Of a stretch of DNA of 64,000 nucleotides, positions 38,665-53,630 are shown piece after piece. This stretch comes from Laetmonice hystrix (lineage: Eukaryota), in assembly GCA_965235115.1 (NCBI GenBank), contig OZ249445.1, positions 2,914,001-2,978,000 of the forward strand. The letters run 5' to 3'. The translations under genes and the position numbers were made by a program. Numbering within the stretch: the first letter of the stretch is position 1; each line of letters opens with the position of its first letter. Under the pieces are notes generated by a model that worked only from the letters and a program-made list of their open reading frames with translations, did no database searches and had not been told where the DNA came from.

Positions 38665-39250
38665 TACCATCAATTCTACCGTACCACAATTGTGCACTCT
38701 CACCCTGACAGAGCACTAACAAACATCGAACACCATGACGAGGCCAACGCTGGACCCTTAATGTGGGCCATGAATAAGTAACACAGATTAACCCCAAGCC
38801 TCCATTCTCCCGTAAAGTGTCAATCCTTCGGTTTGACCACAGTCAATCAGAACCCCAAGTAAGTACCACCTTGTATCACCTGGACAGGTGAGACCTGGAT
38901 TCTCATGACTGAGCGTCCCCAACACCCAGCAGGGGGTGTTAGGGTGCAGGACCACCCTTTGTCTTAATTACCCCCTGTTTCCTTGTGGGGGTTAAATTAA
39001 TGCTGCACATTAAGCCCCTTAATCCTCAGGCAATTATAAGCGGTGGCCAGCTGATTTCCAGCTGAGCTGTGCTGTGTTTGAAGCGAACCACTCATGTATG
39101 TTACATGGACCAGCTGTGGGCCGTCAGTCCGAGCTACCGACCGCCACAGCTCTCTCGTCCCCTGCCTGTGATCTCACACATCTAGCCCCACAATATCACC
39201 CCAACCCAGCCTCACAATTATCTCAATACCTCACTCCGCAGTCATTCTCA

Positions 39251-40094
39251 TTCTCTCACTTTCTGACGGTTCACTAACGCACACAGTGTGTGCGTACTTT
39301 CTCTCACTAACGCACACAGTGTGTTCGTACTTCTGACGGTTCACCCACGCACACAGCGTGTTCGTATTTCTGATGGTTCACTAACGCACAGCGTGTTCGT
39401 ACTTCTGACGGTTCACTAACGCACACAGTGTGTTCGTACTTCTGACGGTTCGCTAACGTACACAGCGTGTTCGTACTTTCTCTCTCTTTCTGACGATTCA
39501 CTAACGCACAGTGTGTTCGTACTTCTGATGGTTCACTAACGCACACAGTGTGTTCGTACTTCTGATGGTTCACTAACGCACAGTGTGTTCGTACTTCTGA
39601 CGGTTCGCTAACGCACACAGCGTGTTCGTACTTTCTCTCACTTTCTGACGATTCACTAACGCACACAGTGTGTTCGTACTTCTGATGGTTCACTAACGCA
39701 CACAGTGTGTGCGTACTTCTGATGGTTCACTAACGCACACAGTGTGTTCGTACTTCTGACGGTTCGCTAACGCACACAGCGTGTTCGTACTTTCTCTCAC
39801 TTTCTGACGATTCACTAACGCACAGTGTGTTCGTACTTCTGATGGTTCACTAACGCACACAGTGTGTGCGTACTTCTGATGGTTCACTAACGCACACAGT
39901 GTGTGCGTACTTTCTCTCACTTTCTGACGGTTCACTAACGCATCGGTGTGTTCGTACTTTCTGACAGTTCACTAACGCATACAGCGTGTTCGTACTTTCT
40001 CTCACTTTCTGACGGTTCACTAACGCACACAGTGTGTTCGTACTTTCTCTCACTTTCTGACGGTTCACTAACGCACGCGGTGTGTTCGTATTTC
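39251..40094. repeat. 37-bp minisatellite with 35- and ~48-bp variants, ~21 copies
   Basis: Unit ttcactaacgcacacagtgtgttcgtacttctgatgg. Long variants carry a tctctcactt-type insertion. Confidence 0.96.
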
Positions 40095-43000
40095 CTGTAA
40101 TACCGACCAGGTTATCGTTGGTTTCGTCCTGAAAACAGTTTAAAATCTACATAAGAATACATGTCTTTTATTTTAATCCATATTTTTTTCTGATAAAACT
40201 TGAAGTCGACTTACAGTGAGATCTATCAAAACTTTCCCCTTTATTTCATTCTTTCAGTTTACATTTACTCTTCACTACAAAGGTAAAAATAGTTCCTGGT
40301 CAGTGGAGAAAACCGCCAGCATTGTTTTTATATAAAAGGGCTATATACAAAGTGACCCGATCCACCTTGTAATCTGTGCCAGTATTGTTTAGTGCGGCCC
40401 TGATATACATGTTGTATATGGGTATTGATTGTTATATCGACGATCGACATCCACTCATCAATAGGTGGTCTGCTACACGTGATGATCACGACCGACCAAT
40501 CAGTGCCACAATGTGAGGGATAATTCCTGCACCTTACACCGTTACTGTCACAAACATCTCTCTCAGAACGCCGCCCCTACCACAGCGGGAGACCACCCGC
40601 GGACGCTGGTGGAGAACGTTTCACTAGTTTCTTCCTTCACCAAGAGATGTCTCTGCTGCATGTGCTGCTCTCCCAGCAACGCCTGTTCTGTCTAATAATA
40701 GCCACCGGCTCAGCCAAGCGTGAGCGGCTAGCATGCAAGGCGGATTACGTTTCTCCTTTGAATTTTGCTGTCCATTCTTATTTCTCTTACAGACACACTC
40801 CCCAGTAGCAATATTTCCACCAGGCTGACCCACATTGCGCGATTCTTGAACGTTGGGGGCAGGGGCTGTGTGCCCTAAGGTCAGATTAACGAAGCCCTGA
40901 ACCTTGATGGAATAAATCACCATCAAATCAACGTAATCCCTCCAATAACTATGGGCTATATGCCGCTTACCCGCAACCCCACACTGAAAGATGTAAAATT
41001 CACTATCGAAAAGGAAAAATAAAACAAAAATTAAAAACAGAACGACAAGGGCCAATGGGCAGTGGATGTTTGTGTTTTAGCTGGTCAGTTTGAGTGATAG
41101 AATGACGGGAAAGATTCTCAGACGTTATCAGTGATTTGAGAAGGAGCCGAACTGTAGAGTGTGTGCTCTCACGTCTCCCGATTCCTGGTCAGGCGTGGAC
41201 GGCCGGCGGTCAGCCATGTCGTGGCCGGGTCTAGGATCAGGGCGACACGTGGTCAGGGCCGGCTCACTGACTGCCGGGAGACTGGCAGGGATTTCCCCAT
41301 TACCCAGGACACCGCCATCTGACGTGCCCTGCCTTTCATTAGTCCACTCAGCCCCCAGATGGCTCTGCCACGGTTGGCTCTGCCACCCTGGGTTCTGCCA
41401 CGGCAAGCTCTGCCACAGTCGAAAGGTGCACTTCCTGTCACTGAAACCCTAACTCAGGGATCAAGGAACCGTTTCTACTTGACACGCTAGCAATGACTTC
41501 ATACCACCAAGCCTGACCAATGTGTCAGAAAACACATCAAGAATTACCCATTAAGACAATGGTGACAAATTAGCATTATACGACTTGGCTTTTTTCTCTT
41601 TTTGAAGTCTTCCGAGAAATAGCGGGAGGATCTGCAGGGAGTATATTGTGTACTGCAGTACTGCCAGCATCCACGATTGGTGATTGAGACATATCCGGGT
41701 CAGATTCTGAGGTGTCGGGGGGGGGGGGGTGATGGTGAGTAAGCCCTTTCAAATCGGCTCCCCTTGAGGTGGCTGACCCATGGGTCTTCTCTGGTTAATT
41801 CTGAGACACAGGAGACAACACATGCATGACCTATCCCCCCTGGCCCCGTGCCCTGTGCCCCGCCCAGGGTGGGGGTGGGGGGTTCACCCGGTAATCCGCG
41901 CCCCCTCACACCGCCAATGAGTAACGCTGACCGGCTGAACCACTCCTGGCCACCTCCTTACAGGGCTCTTCCTCCTTCTCCTTCCCGTCTTCCTCCTGCC
42001 TCCTCCTCCTCCTGGGGGTTACAACGCCTCATCTGTCCATCACAGCCACTACTCTCACCTGTCCACGCTCCTGTCCATCCTCCTGTCCACACCCACTCCA
42101 CTACTACCACCACCACGCCACAAAACCACCCATGCCCACCATGATCCACAAATTCAGGCTCATATCTCCAAATCTGAAGGCCGGGGAGAAGCTGGGCCAC
42201 TGGCCATTCAGATGCAGTGCTCTCTTCAAGTGGCGAAAGTGGTCACTTTTAGTGGCCCCCACACATGTGCATACACCACCCTGGCCTGACCATTGAAGGA
42301 CACGTTGGAGCCCGCCGGCCCTCAGCTGTGGCCAAATTTAACTGCACGATGACCGGGCCGTCGTGAATGGCCTTGACAATATTCAGTCGTATGCCTAACA
42401 AATTTGGCTGCACAGGTTAAAAGGCTGAACATTCAGCGCTGGTCAAACTCAGTTTACCGACTGCTTGCAGATTCCTGTGTTCGCTGACAAATTTGGCTGC
42501 GCGGGTTAAAAGGGTGTGGGGGGAAGCCTGGCCGGTCAGCCCGTGCCGGATCTACCGGAATCGCACCAATTCTCTGCCCACAATCTTATTTTGGCCAATT
42601 GCAGCCGGGCAAGAGGTCAGGCTCAACCATTTGTCGTGGCGGTCACTAGGGAGAAGGCAGTCCGGCTGTCTTCTGCCCGTCCTCCCGGATTAGGGCCCCG
42701 ATTAGCCGGGAGGACACTGAAGGAGTCCGGGAGGAAGGGCTGCCCCCCACCCCAGCTCAAACACAGCCCAGCACCACCACCAGCACATAAAACACACATC
42801 TCTATTTTTTCTCAAAGTCAGACCTTTTGTACGTATGCTCTCAAATACGGACCTACAGCTGGAACACGAGGCAGTGTTTCTAGGGCTAAGATTAGTCATG
42901 CGTTCCGCTGAGGTGAAAAATAACAAGCATGTCTGTTTATTTCACTGCTACACCAGCTATAGAGTCGATAGCATTTATTGTGATATGTAGAAGAGAAAGC

Positions 43001-44378
43001 CAATTTAGACATAAAACTTTTTAATCAAAATAATTTCTATAGAATTCTCTAGAAATGATCTTTATTAAGTTGATCAATCAAAAAGAGTGGGGTACTCTAA
43101 TAAAGCCTACCAATCTATTCTTTCCTTCGTACGCCCCATTCAACATGTCAAATACAGTACATCAAAGCGAATCTCACGTCAGACATATCGCGGTATAGTG
43201 TGGATTGAGTTGACAGTACCAGCACAAAACGCAGTGTTGATCCACGATCACAATGTAACCCGTACCTTGGCATGATTATTAAATAACATATTATCAGGCA
43301 CTAATAATGATTGGAAAATTGGATGGGATTCTTGTGTCAGTGTGTAAAATAAGGAAGAAAAGATCCTTACAACTGATGCTGCTCGCCGGTGGCCATCCCC
43401 TGCTCTGATACAAGCTGACACTTCGACTGATGCCAAGCCTCCCATCCTTCTCAAAGTCTAACTGATTGGCGCTATTTCTGAACACTGTGTGGACTGGAAC
43501 TAAACCGGCACATAGGATGATCCACGCTTGATATTTGACTATTCAAACCCTGTCTACACTGGTGTTTGTAAGACAAAGACAAACAAAACCAAATGAAAAG
43601 ATGCACTGAATGAGCAGACATCATCGCCTTTCACCGTCCTTGTGTTTAGGCCTTATTAATATCGATTGCCAACCGTGGCCATGCTGGTTGTCCATCGTCT
43701 ACAATTAATTCCTACAATCCTCCACGTAATTGTTATCACTCCCCATTAGCAGAAATGACAGCTTTTTCTGAATCGCACTATTCCGGCAGACAAAAGCATG
43801 CCACATGGCTGGACTAATTCCTCCCAGTGCCAATACTAACTCGGCCAGAGTCGAAGCTATCAGTGCCGCTAACTACGGCTTCCCCTCACCAAGGGTCTCT
43901 GCCATCAGCCCTCTTAGATCTTCACGATACCCTATCTCGCGGATCACAAACCACCACTAAATATTTACTTTATTAAAGGTGTACGGTATTTAAAACTGGT
44001 TTCAAGCTTTACAGCATCTTACTGTTTCTATTGTCACCTGTACAATCAGCTGTTTAATTAACTAAATGAGAAACCTAATGTCGGAACTTAGACACATATC
44101 CGAGTTACCGTTGTTGTAACCACTGAGAGGTTTACCAAACAAACCACGAACTGGCTACAACAGATACGACCAGCTTATCTCTGTGTATGCTACATGTACC
44201 TAGGTGTACGAGAGGGACTCTCCCTCCCTCCAACCCAAGCCAACCTTGCCACACGGTATAAGTCTAAGATAACCATTTGTTTTATTGTGCTAATTTACAC
44301 CACGATCGCTATGCTCCGATCACGGTAAGCGGGCCTGCAGTCGGCTCGCCGTTTTTTTCGCTGCTGTCTCCTCTCAGA

Positions 44379-44395
44379 GCGGCCCCTAGTGGCGG
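44379..44395 (-). promoter_or_regulatory. CTCF-like motif
   Basis: Minus strand reads CCGCCACTAGGGGCCGC, close to the CTCF core CCACTAGGGGGCGC. Motif match only. Confidence 0.35.
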
Positions 44396-47300
44396 GTAAA
44401 AACACCAATACCCAATCAATCGTCGCAAGTGTTTGGTTACAACTACGACAGCTGTTTCCAGCGAGCTCTATCACATGTTAGCTGTGTGCCCCCGCGTTCG
44501 GCCCCGCAAATTGTCCTCATTCCTTTTATACACTCCAATAACCGTAATCATCCATTACAATAAAGAGGAGGTTAGGATTCCATTGATATATCACAAAATA
44601 ACGGGTCTAGGTCACCTCCACCAGGTTACAACACTACTCGAACCTGTTTCTAATCAACATGCAAGGCTGGGCAGACACTAACCTCAGCAGACATATATCA
44701 GAGATAAGCATGTCGTGTATGATAACAAAATAATGTACACTCCGTACTCGCCAACAAAGTTCAACAACTCGCAGTTTTTCAGTCTCAAGATGTTCGGACT
44801 GGCATTGACAAATGGGCGAGGGGAAATACTTTAACTATACATGTTGGCAACTGAGATATTCGGCTCCGACTGGCGAATCTTGTCCCGAAATAAGTACCTG
44901 ATCCCTAAAGTAAAAGACAGTCTTGTCATTTGTAAGTTTAAACTCACAGAGATCACTTAAAGTCGATCAGTCTGGAAGCGACACATGTAAGTGTTCTTTC
45001 CAACAATCCCAAGAATGCAGCGACGGTTAATAAAGAACGATACGCCAGAAAATTGTTCTAGTTTGTCAGAAATGAGTGCGGTTTACTTTACCCTCCAGTC
45101 AATTAAGTAATTTATACTCTGCCTAAGGTGATGATCAGACTTGATTGCAAAACTCAAGGGAAAATATCAACATCATTCAAAGTAAATATTACCAACTTGC
45201 AAAAACAGAAGAGTTAATTCTAATTTTTGGGGTGTTTTTATCCCGAGTATAGTGGTTGGTTGCTCCACTGAGTCCCCTAGCAATCAATACACCCTGATAG
45301 TAGGCCAGCACAGCAATGCGGCTATCGTTTCAGGAAATATGAGCGGGTTTACATAACACCTACCCATTCAATTATTGACTTATTGATGTTTATTGATATT
45401 TTCCAAGTGGTTGAATTGTTATATTTATATATATATACAAGTGTTCTAATAGTCCACTGAAGTGTTTGACTGGAACGTCTGAACTTCTGGTTGACACACG
45501 ACTTCATTGACAACTACTTGACTTTATTCAATAAATCTTCACCCTCAAAGGATTTTCTGTCACTACCGTGAAAGTTGACAGCGGGGTAGCCACATGTGTG
45601 GAGAATATCCTAGTTACTTCAGGTACTCTCTGCTCAGATCCCACCAATCTTGACGACCTCAGATCAAGTCATTGCCACTCCAAACCTCCCCACACTGACA
45701 TACTCACCCACACAACTACTGGTTTACGTCCACACACTAGTATTGAGATAATAATGTTGGCGGTATACACTTTGTCTATTCACCATGTATTACCTTTATG
45801 TTCTCTTTCTCCGAGAAGATTAACGAAGAAACTTGTCTTTACGACCATGGACAGGTCCAAGCAGAGCCCACTTACACTGCTCCTTGTAGCTCGTTCACTG
45901 TTTGCTTATGTTGTTTACCCATCGTTCAGCCATGACCCCGGACAAGATAAAGACCCGAGGGTCTGACATGAACGCATGGGTCTGGCACAAAGGTCTCGGG
46001 TTGCCACCTCCCCCTTCTACATACACCACTGTCTTCGTTAACTATTACATGACGTCAGAAGTCACGTGACAACTCCTCCACCAACCTGTGCTCCCTTTAT
46101 CAGCTTATCTTAGCCCCCAGTACAGGTAGGGAGGGGGGTACTCTTACAGGACAATACATCAGTCATAAACATCTGTACTTACTCCTCTCAAGTCGGAACA
46201 CTGCTAGAGATTTTTACAAATAGGAAAAAACCACTAGGTTTTGTAATTTGTAAATAATACTTAAAATAACTAACTACCTGAAAACTAATTGGCTCAGACT
46301 GGATGGAACTCGACTACATTCATCTATGACGAATGTGGAGAAAAACGAGACAGAAACATGCTAGTGTGATAAGGTCTCAGGGGATCATTTAAAAATGGAG
46401 TTTTAACTACCAGGGAATATGTTCAACATGATGGCATGGTGCCGTTTTTAACATATGTTTTTCCACATGCCGACAACAGCGTCATCCCATGACAAATAAC
46501 GGACACTCATGTCTAGAGGGCTTCTCTATATTTCCTATACATGGTCACATATCTTCGCCTATCGTTCTGGGTACATTAGATGATATCAATGTCTTCGTTA
46601 ATTAAAGCTAGATGATTGGTGTGAGAGGTTAGCAACAATGTGTGTAGAACAAGTGAAGCAGATGCCGCGCACGTGTCGGAAGGTCACAACTTGAACACGT
46701 CAGGGCACAGGTTGGGGGTGGGGTTGGGGGAGGGGGTTGGGGGAGGGGGTTGGGGTTGGGGGAGGGGTGTTTGGTCACGTCACCAGGTGGAGATACAGAG
46801 AGCGATATGGACTGGTAGACACGACAGGGGGTGGAGACACGTGTGGTGCGGGGGTGCCCAGGTCCGACTGTTGGCTGTTTACACTGACAACAATAAGGGT
46901 GAAAGCATGGATCACCTGGCCAGGTGAGACCATGGAGGTAGCATCTGATGACCCTGAGGACGGAGTGGACACCTGGCACAGGTAGAGCCAGGTGAGTCGA
47001 CCTGATGGCCGGCCAGTGACAGTCCCATCTCTAACCTCTCCAGCCATCCACGTCCTGCCAGTCACTCAATTAACACACACAAGTGGAATATGCAAGAGTT
47101 TGTCAGCCATCACTTAATACTACTGACACGCCAGCGGCAATGCCACTGTGTATATATTTCAATGTAATTGACGCCCCTTTTCTACTGCTTTTCACCTTGA
47201 ATATCACTCACTGATCTTCTTGACATATGTCGGTACAGTATTTATAGATTGCCATCTCTTTCATAAAGTTCAGCTTGTAACCCTCACGGCCTTGCTGCCG

Positions 47301-48391
47301 ATTCCTACTTGCCCTTTACTACTTGGCATGGGGACAATTCCAAGTACTGCACGGCTGTGTAAACGATAGGAACCCTCTCCACGACTGTTACAGGACAAGG
47401 TCAAGATCTCGATCTGTGACATAGAGAAAGCAATATCCAAGGTTCTACTGGTTGCAATATTCTATCATCCCTTATCGCCTCCCAGAGTGACAACATGAAT
47501 ACAATACGTTCTCCGTACAATCCGCCTGTAATCTATGCGAGGACGGGGACCACATACAGGCCTACCTCAACAACCTGACCCCGTGAACGCCTGCCGTCTC
47601 GACGGGCGTCCGTCAGGACGTGCGCGTCCAACCGTGACAACTAGCGAACCGAGACACCATCTCGGCCTGGGTCTCACTGCTAGACATGACTCATACCCGA
47701 CACAATCCTGTTGAATTAACAGTTGCAATACAGAATCCCAACTTGATAACTTACACCTACACTCACCAAGAACAAAACATCGGAAAAATAGTTTGTTTTT
47801 TAAAACTTGGTCTGCATAATCATAGATTTATCATTAGTCCGGCATGACAATGGATTTAACATTGTCGAATTAGCCGTTTTTCTGGGTATTAAGCCATCAA
47901 TCATGATCATGTGATGTCAAATCACACAAGCTGTTTAAATATCTGCATTCACATCACTTTCTACCCAATTCACCTGACAAAGAGAATATCAGGCTGAAAC
48001 CACATCTAGTCTATAAACTCAGGCTTAGAGCTGGTGTGGTGTGGAGATTACTGGACAGGTGGGTAGATGGAGTTATCTGGACACTGGCCAGGCTGCCACA
48101 CTACTGACTGACCACCACATATGTTACATCTTGCCTGTCAGTCGGACACGGTAAAAACCCCTGTGGCCAAACGACGCCGTTACCATTGTCCACCCCTACC
48201 CCTGTAACCCCCTCCCTCAAACCCCCATCGGCATACACACGCACTGGCCCCGTTTAACTTGTCATGTGCCCGGGCCACGCGCTGGTCAGGTGAGGTGGTA
48301 AGGTGTGTGGGTTAGTGGGGGGGGGGTGTGACGGATGACCGCCCAGCGTCTGTCAATGTGTGGGGGTGGGGGGGTGAGTACAGATGTCACA

Positions 48392-49347
48392 CGGCCTGCT
48401 GCCAGTGTACTGTGACCACTGGCCCGGCCCGGACACCATGGTCAATCCTCCCACTCGGCCTGTGTCAGTGTACTGAGTGTGACCACTGGCCCGGACACCA
48501 TGGTCAATCCTCCCACTCGGCCTGTGTCAGTGTACTGAGTGTGACCACTGGCCCGGACACCATGGTCAATCCTCCCACTCGGCCTGTGTCAGTGTACTAA
48601 GTGTGACCACTGGCCCGGACACCATGGTCAATCCTCCCACTCGGCCTGTGTCAGTGTACTGAGTGTGACCACTGGCCCGGCCCGGACACCATGGTCAATC
48701 CTCCCACTCGGCCTGTGTCAGTGTACTGAGTGTGACCACTGGCCCGGACACCATGGTCAATCCTCCCACTCGGCCTGTGTCAGTGTACTGAGTGTGACCA
48801 CTGGCCCGGACACCATGGTCAATCCTCCCACTCGGCCTGTGTCAGTGTACTGAGTGTGACCACTGGCGCGGACACCATGGTCAATCCTCCCACTCGGCCT
48901 GTGTCAGTGTACTGAGTGTGACCACTGGCGCGGACACCATGGTCAATCCTCCCACTCGGCCTGTGTCAGTGTACTGAGTGTGACCACTGGCCCGGACACC
49001 ATGGTCAATCCTCCCACTCGGCCTGTGTCAGTGTACTGAGTGTGACCACTGGCCCGGACACCATGGTCAATCCTCCCACTCGGCCTGTGCCAGTGTACTG
49101 AGTGTGACCACTGGCGCGGCCCGGACACCATGGTCAATCCTCCCACTCGGCCTGTGTCAGTGTACTGAGTGTGACCACTGGCCCGGACACCATGGTCAAT
49201 CCTCCCACTCGGCCTGTGTCAGTGTACTGAGTGTGACCACTGGCCCGGACACCATGGTCAATCCTCCCACTCGGCCTGTGCCAGTGTACTGAGTGTGACC
49301 ACTGGCGCGGCCCGGACACCATGGTCAATCCTCGGCCTGTGTCAGTA
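48392..49347. repeat. 62-bp minisatellite (67-bp variants), ~15 copies
   Basis: Unit gtgtgaccactggcccggacaccatggtcaatcctcccactcggcctgtgtcagtgtactga. The 67-bp units have an extra ggccc. Confidence 0.97.
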
Positions 49348-52300
49348 TTCCGAAAGTATTCTGTGGCTCGCCCTTCTCTCGCCTGCCAATATGACGGAAT
49401 GCCGCGCGAATCGTGCTCGGTGAGAAAGCTGGCTTCTTCTCACCCTAATCCCCACTCTCCCTTAACGTATCACAGCTTGGTGTACCTGGCCCGTGGTGCT
49501 AACACCCCCACCTGCTCGGAACCCTAACCCTCCACTCTCCTCACTCTATCTGACCCGCCTGCCTCCTCTGTCCAGCCTACAAAATACCTCCGCTCCGTCC
49601 ACGCCAGGCGCCGTAAGCCGCTAGAGGACCCTCGCCTTCGTCCCAGTGGAGCCTAGGGGCGACCAACGCCAGCCAAAAACCTGGTCTACTGGTCAAATAT
49701 TTTGCCACCCATGGATGTGGGCATACAACAACTGTTCAAATAGTGCGAGTGTTTGTTCTAACAGAGCTCATTAGTTGGCCCAGCTATTGTTAACAAGGCT
49801 TGTTTTCACCTCAGCAAGTCGGCTGTAAGTCTAGATAGACGGGTATGTCACTCGGCTGGCGGTCCTGGCACACACACCACGCTCTCATTAAGATGTCATT
49901 CTGCCAGCCACTAACGGCCTGCCTTCCCGCACTGCCCAGACCGAGCGGTCTTACGAGCTGGAGATATGTATGGTATGTTGTGGTTGGACCAGCGTGACAC
50001 AATAGGGTAAAGTAGCCTGATATATGTGGATCTAAATAAAGTTGAGCATTTCTATAGTAACCCATGTATAAAGTCTCTGCAATTCGTCGACCTGCATCGA
50101 CAGAAAACTGGTCTTCCAACTTCCATTTTTGAACTTTTTTTATTAATACATTTCGTTTAGTAAATTCCCCGATTATTCATGATCTCGCAGACTTCAAACT
50201 TGCTACTCCTTCACCTCCCCATCGACAATCCATCCAAACAGAGAATGATTCATGTCAATAAAGTTGACCGACTGGGATGAGAGAAATAAGTACTTTTTTC
50301 CCGATTCCAAGTTAAATAATGGCTGCATGTACTCAGATGGCGGTCTCTGAAACGGAACATTTGCATATTTGTGTTTGGGCTGTAGTTTGCTGGCGGGGTT
50401 GGGACGTCACCTGGCCATGTACCGACACGGTGAGGTGCATGGCACAGTGGGAACAGTTGGTTCTATATTTACCAAGCCTTTCACAAAGCCTTGAACTGTG
50501 ACACATTGTCAAAGTCTCCACGTCATCCAACGAGCACTATTTAAAAAAACATGTTTTAAAACAATATCCTCCATGTACATAATCAACGACAACTATCTAA
50601 AAACAACTCGAGAGAGAAGACTTCAGTGAAAACGGAAACACTGTGTTTATGCCGCGTTTTGCACTTGCTGGCTCAGTTTGATCTCCCACATCAGTCTCCA
50701 TCTCCGTGCGTTCTATCGAACCAGCAGTTGGGTTAACCCAAATAAAAGATCATATAGAAATATTTTGTATGATTCAGACTGACTGTATATTTGAGTAGTT
50801 GACCAGACAGGCCAGACAAACAAAGACATGGCAGAGGTCGAGCCAGACTGGGATTCTTCCCTCCTCTCACCATTGGGGCTGGCCATCAATTTGTGCCAGT
50901 GCTGCCCAGACCACGGTGACGGCCTCCCATCGCCCGCACCAGTCCGGCCGGGCGGCAGACAGCTCCGGTCGGATCGTGAGACGACCCCACCACAGCTCGA
51001 GATCCCCCTGTGTCCACTGGGTCAGTCTGACTGGACAGCGGTCATCGACTGGCCGACCCGTCCCGCGAGGGTCGGGTCGGGTCCGCCTTGGCTAGGGCTG
51101 TGAGTAGTACATAGAAAGTGGCCATTTCTACCGACCGCACATCGGACCTGATGTAAAAACATTTGGACCGTCTGTAAAAGTGTAAGCAAGGCTAATCAGC
51201 AAATAATGCCGGTCAGGGGGGTATGCACAGGTATAGAGGATCGACCTGAGAGGTGCAGACATGCTAGTAACTGCTACTCCAATGGTACACTGATCGCTAA
51301 CCGTAGTACGAGCCGTCGTAAGCCCCGCCCCGCCTCATGTCAATAGTATTGAACGACCCTCCCCTTCCACCACTCACATCTAATGATTTAACAAATGAAA
51401 AATCCATAGAATTGGTGGAATGTGTGTTTAAACTGTGCCGCAAGTCCGCCAGTTACACGGACCCGAGCACGCTATCATAGAGTTCTCTAATATGCCACCA
51501 CTCGTTCATGGTACACCGCACATCCGTGCAGCAAGCCCAAATTGTCAACATCTCCCTTCTTGACCGCCTCTCGCGTTTTTGCTGGGATTTAATATTTGAA
51601 ATTTCACTGTAATTCAATGACAAAAGGCGTTACAGTAGAATGAATGATTGGAACTTTGTAGTTTGGGCTGCACTGAAGTTACCCGCGTCTGCCTTGCCGA
51701 CGGGGGAATCCTGGGAAGGGAGTCTCATTGTTTTCATTTCGCCTAAGTAGGTCAGTTGGCTTGGCTTCGGAAGTCAATTGGCGCGGTTCAGTCAGCAAGG
51801 CAGGCGGAGTAACACTACACCCCTTACCTCCGCCCAGAGCTCTGACGGTGGGGTGAAATATTGAAAACAGCATCAATTATTATCGCCTCAGTATTGTTTG
51901 TCAATCGCAGTTATAAGTAGGCCAGCCAGTTACCACACCCCTGACAGGGGCACACTCTAGTCAGCCATTGAAGCAATGCAATTTTTATCGTCACTCGCTT
52001 GCCTGCCATTTTCCACACTGGTATATGGCATAGCGGGTCTGACTGTAATGCTCTTGTAGATTTTCCGTGCTGAAGATGTCGGGCCGTTATGTAGGCGGAG
52101 ACGGCCGTGGTGGCGGCTTGGAATGAGGGAAACTAACTACATCTAAGGCCGCCCTGGCACGCGCCATGTTTTCATAACGCTACGTGGCACGCAGCACACA
52201 AAAACCACACTCTTTTAAAATAACTGCAGGCTGTTAGGATATGGGTTTTTCCTAGGGGGCATCTGTGGCAAGTCGGTCCGCTCCTTGGCAACCCGTTAGG

Positions 52301-53630
52301 TGGCAGTGAGCGAGCAGTGCGAGCCCATAGTTCCCAGTGTGTTTCCTACGGCTGAATTCCATACATAGTCTCACTGCCTACTAACAGGTCTAGTGTCTTC
52401 ATGAATATCCATTCCTCTACCGTGTAATACGCTCTGTCACACAACCATATTCCTTAATAAAATAAAACCATTCCATATTCACGGCTACATATCACAATGT
52501 ATTCACCCTCACTTGAAGCAGAGCAGTCAAATTCAAATTAGATTTATTTATCTGGGAAAATTTGCAAGTCGAGAATGTTTGCGTCGTCCTTATCAGTACA
52601 ATGCCGTCAATGATATGTCCGACGATATTGAAATAGACTACTTTTTCATCCCTTCACCACATTCGCGGTGCCTCTGTAATGCATTTTCGCCTCAATATTA
52701 CAAAAAAACAAACAAATAATTACACATCTTTAAACAGGAGCCCCAGGTGGTTAATCGGCGTGAAATGAACCGTTTTCTTGGAGGGGTATACTGTGGACGG
52801 GCAGGGACAATAACTTCAAACAGTCTCAATTCACACTTTGATGCTGATGATGCCTTGAAAATTCCCTCTAGACGTGGTCCGCGAAAAGCAAATGTGACCA
52901 AACAGCACTCAAACAAACTTACTATTTATGTTTCGCTTGCCACAATCCCGGCTTCTTGGATGGCTGCGATGCACCAGTACAGTTTGAGGCTAGTCAGGCC
53001 AGCCGTTTGAATGCCTTGGCCAGCACCGAGAAATAAGTACATGCCACCAATTTCCAATTTCTTACAAATCTATTCAGAGAGCCGAGGGGCATTTTAGCGG
53101 TACCCCAGGCCGGTGTTGACAGAAGGAGGGGGAAATTTCTCCCGCTGTGGCTGTGGGGTGCAGGGAGCGGTGTTTGATGAGATGGGATGTGAGGGAATAC
53201 ATGGGTACACTCGCCGGCCCCCGACCCTGCCGCCACAGGTCAGCCACCGAGCTGACTCACCACTCCCAACCACCGCCATTATCTAATGTCCGTTTGGGCC
53301 ACACTTTGCGTGGCCACAATCACATTATTGGTGCCAACTGCTAAGCTGGACAGAAGGACTCGGTAAGTTGACGGACTGACACAGAGACGCTGGGGGTTGG
53401 GGGTAGGGTGTGACTTAAGATTCTAATAGTCTTGGTGACCGCTATATATCGCTCATCATTCCTTAATGTTTCTACAAACTGTGATTGACATATACCAGGA
53501 GTTCATGCCAAGTTGGTGGGTGGATTGGACGGGGGGCGTCGGATGACCCCATGTGACCCATTGACAGGTGTCATCCCACCGTCGTGGGGGGGGGGGGGGG
53601 CTGACCATCCCTTGAGGTGACAGAGTACGA

